DNA of 64,000 nt from Verrucomicrobiia bacterium. Lineage in GTDB: Bacteria > Verrucomicrobiota > Verrucomicrobiia > Limisphaerales > UBA1319. Positions 58,330 to 64,000 of the stretch are shown in pieces. Location: the NCBI GenBank assembly GCA_963664225.1, contig OY760937.1:4832001-4896000 (forward strand), in the 5' to 3' direction. The translations under genes and the position numbers were made by a program. Position 1 is the stretch's first letter. Every line of letters starts with the position of its first letter. The notes under the pieces were generated by a model, which was given only the letters and a program-made list of their open reading frames with translations, had not been told where the DNA came from and did no database searches.

Positions 58330-61083
58330 ATGGCATCTCCAGGGTCGAGGGAGACATTTGCATTGCGCATGTTGCGGCACCTGTCCGAATGGGTGTTCCG
58401 TTACCCGCGGTTGTTCGTTTATCCCCAAATCATACTGGCGGCCCTGTCGGTTTACTACACGATCGGGCATTTGGAGTTCGACACGAGCCGGGACAACCTG
58501 GTGGGGTCGGACAAGAAGTATCACCACAATTTCCTGCGGTTTAAGAAGGAATTTCCCAATCAGGACGATCTGGTGGTGGTGGTGGAGAGCGAGAGCATGC
58601 TCAAGAACCGCCAGTTCGTGGAGCGGCTGGGCAGCAGGCTGGAGGCGGAAACGAATCTGTTCATGGACGTCTTTTACAAGGGCGACCTGAAAATGATGGG
58701 GCCAAAAGCATTGTTGTTCCTGGACACGAACATGCTGTCCGAGCTGGATAAGACGCTGCGCGATTACCGTCCGTTCATTCAAAATTTCACCGCTGCGACC
58801 AATTTGGAATCGCTATTCAAATTGGTGAACCGCCAATTCCGCACTGCAAAGCGTGAGGCCAGCGCGGAGAACGATTCGATGGTCAAGGCGATGCCCGCAT
58901 TGCAGCGGATCATCGACGAGGCGAACGACGGTTTGGAACGCTCCGGCACGCCGCTATCTCCGGGTTTGAATGCCCTGTTTGGCGCCGGGCCTGAAGCGGA
59001 GAAGGAGATGTATGTCACCTTTGCCGATGGCCGACTTTACCTGGTATCGGCACAGCCGCGCAACACGAATGTCACCGCGCGGGCGGTGGAGCGGATCCGG
59101 GAATTGGCGAAACAGACGCAGGCGGAAGTGCCGGGCATCAACGTGGGCATCACGGGGGAACCGGTGCTGGAATACGATGAGATGGCGCAATCCCAGAGGG
59201 ATACCACGCTGGCCACGGTGATCGCGCTGGTGGTTGTGGCGCTGATATTCATTTACGGCTACCAGGAAACCGGGCGGCCCATCAAGGCCACACTCTGCCT
59301 GCTGGTGGGCCTGGCCTACACCATGGGTTTCACCACGCTGACCATTGGCCACCTGAACATTCTGACGATCACATTTCTGCCGATGCTGATCGGTCTGGCG
59401 ATTGATTTTGGCGTGCATCTGGTCACCCGGTATGAGGAGGAATTGCGGCACGGTCGGAACGAGCACGAGGCGATGCAGAAGGCGATGGTTTATACGGGGC
59501 TGGGTATTTTCACGGGATGCCTGACGACGGCCGTGGCGTTTCTGGCCATGGGCGCCACGAATTTCAAGGGCATTCAGGAAATGGGAATCATCAGCGGCTG
59601 CGGGCTGGTGATCTGCCTGGTGCCCATGATGACGCTGTTGCCTGTGCTGCTGATGCGCGGGCACCAGAATGAAATCGATCATGCGCATATCACGCATGAA
59701 GAACGCCGCGCGCGGCTCGAACGCATCTGGTTGAATCGACCTTACCGGATGATTGCAGGGACGCTGCTGATATGCGGGGTGTGCGCATGGGGCTTTAACA
59801 AGGTGCATTTCGATTACAACCTGTTGCACATGCAGAGCGCGGGGCTGCCCGCCGTTCAGACCGAGATGAAGCTCATCGATTCCGCCACCAACTCGGTGCT
59901 TTTTGGCGCGGTGATCGCGGACACGCTGGAGGAGGCTGGACGGCTGGAATCCCAGATCACCAATTTAAGCTCGGTGGCCAATGTTCGTTCCATGAGCACC
60001 TATATGGTGGGGGACGCGCGTCCGAAGCTTGAAAAAATAGGCGAGATTAAAAAGGAGGCCGGGGGAGTTCACTTTCAGCCGATTGACCGGGCGCCTGCGG
60101 ATGTGCGCGAACTGGACCAGACACTCTGGGCGTTGCAGGGATATCTGGGTCTGGCGGCTGATGAAGTTCAGAAGGAAAAGGATGCCGCCGAACTTGAAAA
60201 TTCCCTGCGCTCCATGCGCGCCTCGGTGGTTCGATTACGCCAAACCATGCAAAACGGCAACGTCACGAATGTCTCAGAGAAATTGGGCGCCTTCCAACAC
60301 GCGCTATTCACGGATATTCATGATACCTTCGCGACCTTGCGCGACCAGGATGACCGTGGGGCGTTGCGGCCCGAGGACCTGCCTGAGGCGTTGAGAAACC
60401 GATTCATCGGAGTGACGGGAAAATTCCTGCTGCAGGTTTATCCCAAGGGCAATGTCTGGGAACGGGGCGTTCAGGAGAAGTTTATCGATCAATTGCGGAC
60501 CGTCGATCCCAACGCGACCGGCACACCGGTGCAGTTGTTCGAATACACGACGTTATTGAAGGACAGCTATCAAACCGCCGCATGGTATTCCTTTTTCGCC
60601 ATTCTCATCATGGTGTTCCTGCATTTCCGCAGCGTTGTCTGCGTGGTGCTTGCCTTTTTGCCGGTGGCCATCGGATCGATCTGGATGATGGGATTCATGG
60701 TCTGGGCGGGCATTCCATTCAATCCCGCGAATATCATGACCCTGCCGCTGGTGATTGGCATCGGGGTGACCAATGGCATTCACATTCTCAATCGTTATGC
60801 CGAGGAGCAGAATCCGGGCATTCTGGCCAAGAGCACGGGCAAAGCCGTGCTGGTATCCGCGCTGAGCACCGTGGCGGGATTTGGCAGCCTGATTCTGGCC
60901 AAACACCAGGGCATCCAGAGTCTGGGTTATGTGATGGCGGTGGGAACGATGACCTGCATGATCGCTTCGTTAACATTTTTGCCTTCGCTCATCACGCTGC
61001 TGACACGGTGGGGCTGGAAAATATCCAAGCTCGATCCGTCCAGGAAGATTGAAGAACCTGCTGCGGAATTGATCAAATCGTAA
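58330..61083 (+). CDS. MMPL/RND transporter, HpnN (hopanoid-associated)-like
   Basis: Two TM bundles with large periplasmic loops; motifs GLAIDFGVHLVTRYEEE, FDYNLL.MQ, FNPANI..LPLVIGIGV and STGKAV. Confidence 0.85.
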   Translation: MASPGSRETFALRMLRHLSEWVFRYPRLFVYPQIILAALSVYYTIGHLEFDTSRDNLVGSDKKYHHNFLRFKKEFPNQDDLVVVVESESMLKNRQFVERLGSRLEAETNLFMDVFYKGDLKMMGPKALLFLDTNMLSELDKTLRDYRPFIQNFTAATNLESLFKLVNRQFRTAKREASAENDSMVKAMPALQRIIDEANDGLERSGTPLSPGLNALFGAGPEAEKEMYVTFADGRLYLVSAQPRNTNVTARAVERIRELAKQTQAEVPGINVGITGEPVLEYDEMAQSQRDTTLATVIALVVVALIFIYGYQETGRPIKATLCLLVGLAYTMGFTTLTIGHLNILTITFLPMLIGLAIDFGVHLVTRYEEELRHGRNEHEAMQKAMVYTGLGIFTGCLTTAVAFLAMGATNFKGIQEMGIISGCGLVICLVPMMTLLPVLLMRGHQNEIDHAHITHEERRARLERIWLNRPYRMIAGTLLICGVCAWGFNKVHFDYNLLHMQSAGLPAVQTEMKLIDSATNSVLFGAVIADTLEEAGRLESQITNLSSVANVRSMSTYMVGDARPKLEKIGEIKKEAGGVHFQPIDRAPADVRELDQTLWALQGYLGLAADEVQKEKDAAELENSLRSMRASVVRLRQTMQNGNVTNVSEKLGAFQHALFTDIHDTFATLRDQDDRGALRPEDLPEALRNRFIGVTGKFLLQVYPKGNVWERGVQEKFIDQLRTVDPNATGTPVQLFEYTTLLKDSYQTAAWYSFFAILIMVFLHFRSVVCVVLAFLPVAIGSIWMMGFMVWAGIPFNPANIMTLPLVIGIGVTNGIHILNRYAEEQNPGILAKSTGKAVLVSALSTVAGFGSLILAKHQGIQSLGYVMAVGTMTCMIASLTFLPSLITLLTRWGWKISKLDPSRKIEEPAAELIKS

Positions 61084-61107
61084 GCCCCTCAAAGAAAAGG
61101 ATACTAA

Positions 61108-61143
61108 AAAACCGCCGGGTCATGGAGACCAGCGGCGGTTTGT
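61108..61143. terminator. Intrinsic terminator between convergent genes
   Basis: aaaccgccg...cggcggttt inverted repeat. Confidence 0.7.
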
Positions 61144-61172
61144 GAAATGGATTTAAATCGAGGGGTTCGCGC

Positions 61173-61904
61173 TTACTTGATTTCCATCAGCTCCAACTCG
61201 AAAATCAGAGTGGCGTTAGGCCCGATCTTTTCGCCCGCGCCCTGTTCGCCGTAAGCGAGTTCGGAGGGGATGAACAGCTTGTATTTGGCGCCGGTCTTCA
61301 TCAGTTGCAGCGCCTCGGTCCAGCCCTTGATCAGGCCGTCCACGGGAAACTCGGCCGGTTCGCCGCGTTTGTAGGAACTGTCAAACTCGGTGCCGTCAAG
61401 GAGGGTGCCGCGATAATTGGCAACGACAGTGTTGGTGGACTTGGGCATGGCGCCCGTGCCTTCCTTCTCGACGATGTATTGGAGGCCGCTGGCGGTGACT
61501 TTGACGCCGTCCTTCTTTTTGTTCTCAGCCAGGAAAGCTTCGCCGTCCTTTTTGTTCTTCTCGCCTGCGACTTTGGCTTTTTCCTGCTGCTTGCCCATCA
61601 TTTCCTTCTGGAAATCCATGAGCGTCTGGCGCACTTCGTCCTCGGTGAGAAGCGGTTTGGCATCGGTCATGCCTTCCTTGAGACCTTTGGCAACCATCTC
61701 AGGATTGACATCGAGAGACTGTTTTTTCCAGGAGGAACCCATGCTCAACCCGATGCAATAGCTGACTTTGTCCTTCGTGTTGGCAAAAGCCGATGCGGCA
61801 TCCGCAGGTTTCGCGTCTGCGGGTTTGGCGTCCGGCTGGTCAGCCGCCATTAAATTCGCGGCCATCACAAACGACCCAACCCATGATATTAACGTTAATT
61901 TCAT
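61173..61904 (-). CDS. FKBP-type peptidyl-prolyl isomerase (FkpA/Mip-like)
   Basis: Signal peptide; motifs KVSYCIG, SGLQY, YRGTLLDGTEFDSSY, IKGWTEAL and IPSELAYG. Confidence 0.93.
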   Translation of the reverse strand: MKLTLISWVGSFVMAANLMAADQPDAKPADAKPADAASAFANTKDKVSYCIGLSMGSSWKKQSLDVNPEMVAKGLKEGMTDAKPLLTEDEVRQTLMDFQKEMMGKQQEKAKVAGEKNKKDGEAFLAENKKKDGVKVTASGLQYIVEKEGTGAMPKSTNTVVANYRGTLLDGTEFDSSYKRGEPAEFPVDGLIKGWTEALQLMKTGAKYKLFIPSELAYGEQGAGEKIGPNATLIFELELMEIK

Positions 61905-62092
61905 TCAATTACCTTTCGTGGTGGCGGATTATCCCAACCCGTGGACCGCTGGCAACTGCGAAATTCGAAAGAATTGCGGGGAATCACAAAAACGGCACTC
62001 CCATGGGTCGTTCGAAGGGATGCAAGAAAAGGGAGGCTCGCGCCTCCCTTGAGATTCTGAAGACCGAAGGATGGATTGGGATTCGGTCGCGA

Positions 62093-63379
62093 CTATGGCG
62101 CCAGGGCAGCCGCCGCAGAAACCACGCCTTCACACACGCCATCAAACGTATAGGTGGAGGTGGGGCTGTTCAGCGGAATTGTATTAATGCCCGAAGCAGT
62201 CGAAACAATCCTGGCGCGAACATCGTCCGCGGTGGCCGTGACATCAGCGGCGTAAATCAGAGCGGCCACACCGGCCACATGCGGGGAGGCCATGCTGGTG
62301 CCCGACATCCGGGTGGTGCCACCGCCGAGCTTGGTCGAGAGGATGCCCACCGAAGAAATTACGCCGGTTCTGCTTATGTTTTCCTGATCCTCACCCGGCG
62401 CGGAGATTTCCACCCCCGTGCCATCCGTGGTGAAGAACGAGGCGGTATCCGCGAGAATGCCTGTTGGGTAACTGCGAGAGCTGCTTGTCCCGTTGAGGGC
62501 GGTGGTGCTGGCTACGGCGATGACTTCCGGATAACAGGCGGGAACTTGTTGAGAGACGTCAACAGTGCTGTCGTTACCGGCGGCGACCACTGTGGTGACG
62601 CCCAAGGTGTTCAACGTCTGCAACGCGGTTCTATAGAATGTATTGTCATTCATGGAGCCGCTGCGCCCCAGACTCATATTTACCACGCGGATGTTGGGGG
62701 ATACGATATTGCAATTATCAGCGATCCAATCGAGACCTGCAATGACGGTTGAATCGGTTCCTGATCCGGAGCGATTAAGCACTTTGATGGCATAAAGCAT
62801 TGTATTCGGCGCCACGCCAACGACATCGTAACCATCATTTTTGGCGGCAATGATTCCTCCCACATGGGTTCCGTGGCCGTTATCATCCTTGCCAGTGGCG
62901 GTATAGGCGGAATAAAAACTTCCCGACACTCTAAGATCGGGATGGCTTGTATCCAAACCGGTGTCCACGACGGCCACGCCAACGTCGGCCGTGCTTATGG
63001 TCACCTGATCTGCTCCGATCCGATGCACCCCAGCAGGGGTCACCTGCGGCTTGCGTGTCACGGTGCCGCCGCCGGAAGGTTTGCCAATGGCAGCGACCTC
63101 GCGGTCCGGCACGACCACGGCCACTTCCGGATCGTTTTGCAGCTTTTTCAATATGCCGGGCGGAACAAAGCCTGCAAAACCGTTGATGGCAGCGCTATAA
63201 ACAAATTTCGGCGCGAGTCCATGCCGTGCCGCGACTGCCCTTGGAACGGCTCCAGCGCGGAGTTGAATGATGTAATTGTCCGGCACGACCGCGCCGGGAT
63301 TGCCTTCCTGCGCGAGCGTTGCCAGACCACCCAGGGTCAGCGAGCCGATCAGGACCAGAGAGGACAGATATGATTTCAT
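62093..63379 (-). CDS. Subtilisin-like S8 serine peptidase with I9 prodomain
   Basis: Catalytic triad motifs VDTG, HGTHVGG and GTSMASPHV; signal peptide; YIIQL...INGFA prodomain. Confidence 0.93.
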   Translation of the reverse strand: MKSYLSSLVLIGSLTLGGLATLAQEGNPGAVVPDNYIIQLRAGAVPRAVAARHGLAPKFVYSAAINGFAGFVPPGILKKLQNDPEVAVVVPDREVAAIGKPSGGGTVTRKPQVTPAGVHRIGADQVTISTADVGVAVVDTGLDTSHPDLRVSGSFYSAYTATGKDDNGHGTHVGGIIAAKNDGYDVVGVAPNTMLYAIKVLNRSGSGTDSTVIAGLDWIADNCNIVSPNIRVVNMSLGRSGSMNDNTFYRTALQTLNTLGVTTVVAAGNDSTVDVSQQVPACYPEVIAVASTTALNGTSSSRSYPTGILADTASFFTTDGTGVEISAPGEDQENISRTGVISSVGILSTKLGGGTTRMSGTSMASPHVAGVAALIYAADVTATADDVRARIVSTASGINTIPLNSPTSTYTFDGVCEGVVSAAAALAP

Positions 63380-63590
63380 GAGGCGTTGAATTGTTGCTGG
63401 TTTTTCATTCTGATAAAACCCAGGTTTTGCTCCTTGCAATAGACCTATTGGATAGGCACCAAGTTATCCTCATTCAAAAAGCTAATCAAGCTCCAATTTC
63501 TTGTTCGATACGTTCCGTCCCCGAGAAAAGAGCTCGCGTGTGCATGGCAAGAATCTTCTGGAACAAAGGAGGTGTTTGAAAGTTTGAATC

Positions 63591-63856
63591 GATTTGATGC
63601 AACGCCTACAGCGTTGGGGTTTATCGGGGGGCGAGTACCCCGGGTGGCTCGTGCCTCGCGACCCGGGGCTGAAAGATTGCAATCCCTACAGGATTGCGTG
63701 GAGGGGATGATGACGGACTGCGGGCGAGGTTGATTGGTCGGGGCTGGATGGGAATTTGGTTCAACTCCTATAGCGTTGGTGATTATCGGAGGGCGATGAC
63801 CCAAGGTAGCTCGTTCCTCGCATCCGTGGGCTGAGTGATTTAATTCCTTCGGGATA
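63591..63856 (+). repeat. Two tandem copies of REP-like family D
   Basis: 63591-63696 and 63753-63856 share the three-hairpin layout of 51801-51905. Confidence 0.8.
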
Positions 63857-64000
63857 GGCAGGCTGAAATGGGGCGGCGTGTTGAGGTTCTGATGTGCGAA
63901 CGTGATAAAACGTACTTGGCAGCAATTTGTTGCGTTGTATGTTCGGTGGCATGAATCCGACGCAACAAAATCCAATTCCGGGAAGCGGTGCGTCAAAACG

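Noticed and set aside
58330..61083. Hopanoid biosynthesis cluster around the HpnN-like transporter
   Set aside because: No shc or hpn genes are adjacent, so the substrate cannot be inferred from this window.
1..64000. tRNA, rRNA, prophage or defence-system genes
   Set aside because: No recognisable cloverleaf, rRNA, phage structural, or nuclease/ATPase defence motifs were found by eye.

Overview
This is a GC-rich bacterial chromosomal window. The gene content (several Gfo/Idh/MocA proteins, two with Tat signals, a PQQ-like beta-propeller, a beta-helix protein, SGNH and glycoside hydrolases, a DUF1559/H-X9-DG-like protein) suggests Verrucomicrobiota or another PVC lineage; that assignment is inference. 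Most of the window is housekeeping or carbohydrate metabolism: ppk2, class II DAHP synthase, an EmrAB-type pump, metW-like, tlyA-nadK-lacI, thrS, a U32 protein, galM, fprA, an ECF sigma operon, dnaJ/cbpA-like, GH127, yebC, an HpnN/MMPL transporter, an FKBP isomerase and a subtilisin. Two accessory zones stand out. (1) At 39.7-43.2 kb, five co-oriented, mostly membrane or exported genes are each followed by a related, decayed attC-like element, with no integrase in the window. This looks like a fossil or variant integron cassette array. (2) At 48.5-54.65 kb, with outliers at 57.2 and 63.6-63.9 kb, there is a dense, co-oriented mosaic of at least six REP-like repeat families plus 7-10-bp triplicated motifs. 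These repeats bracket two foreign-looking genes, and a complete IS3-family element has inserted into one of the motifs. I recognised no tRNA, rRNA or true CRISPR array. All calls were made by eye; no database searches were run.
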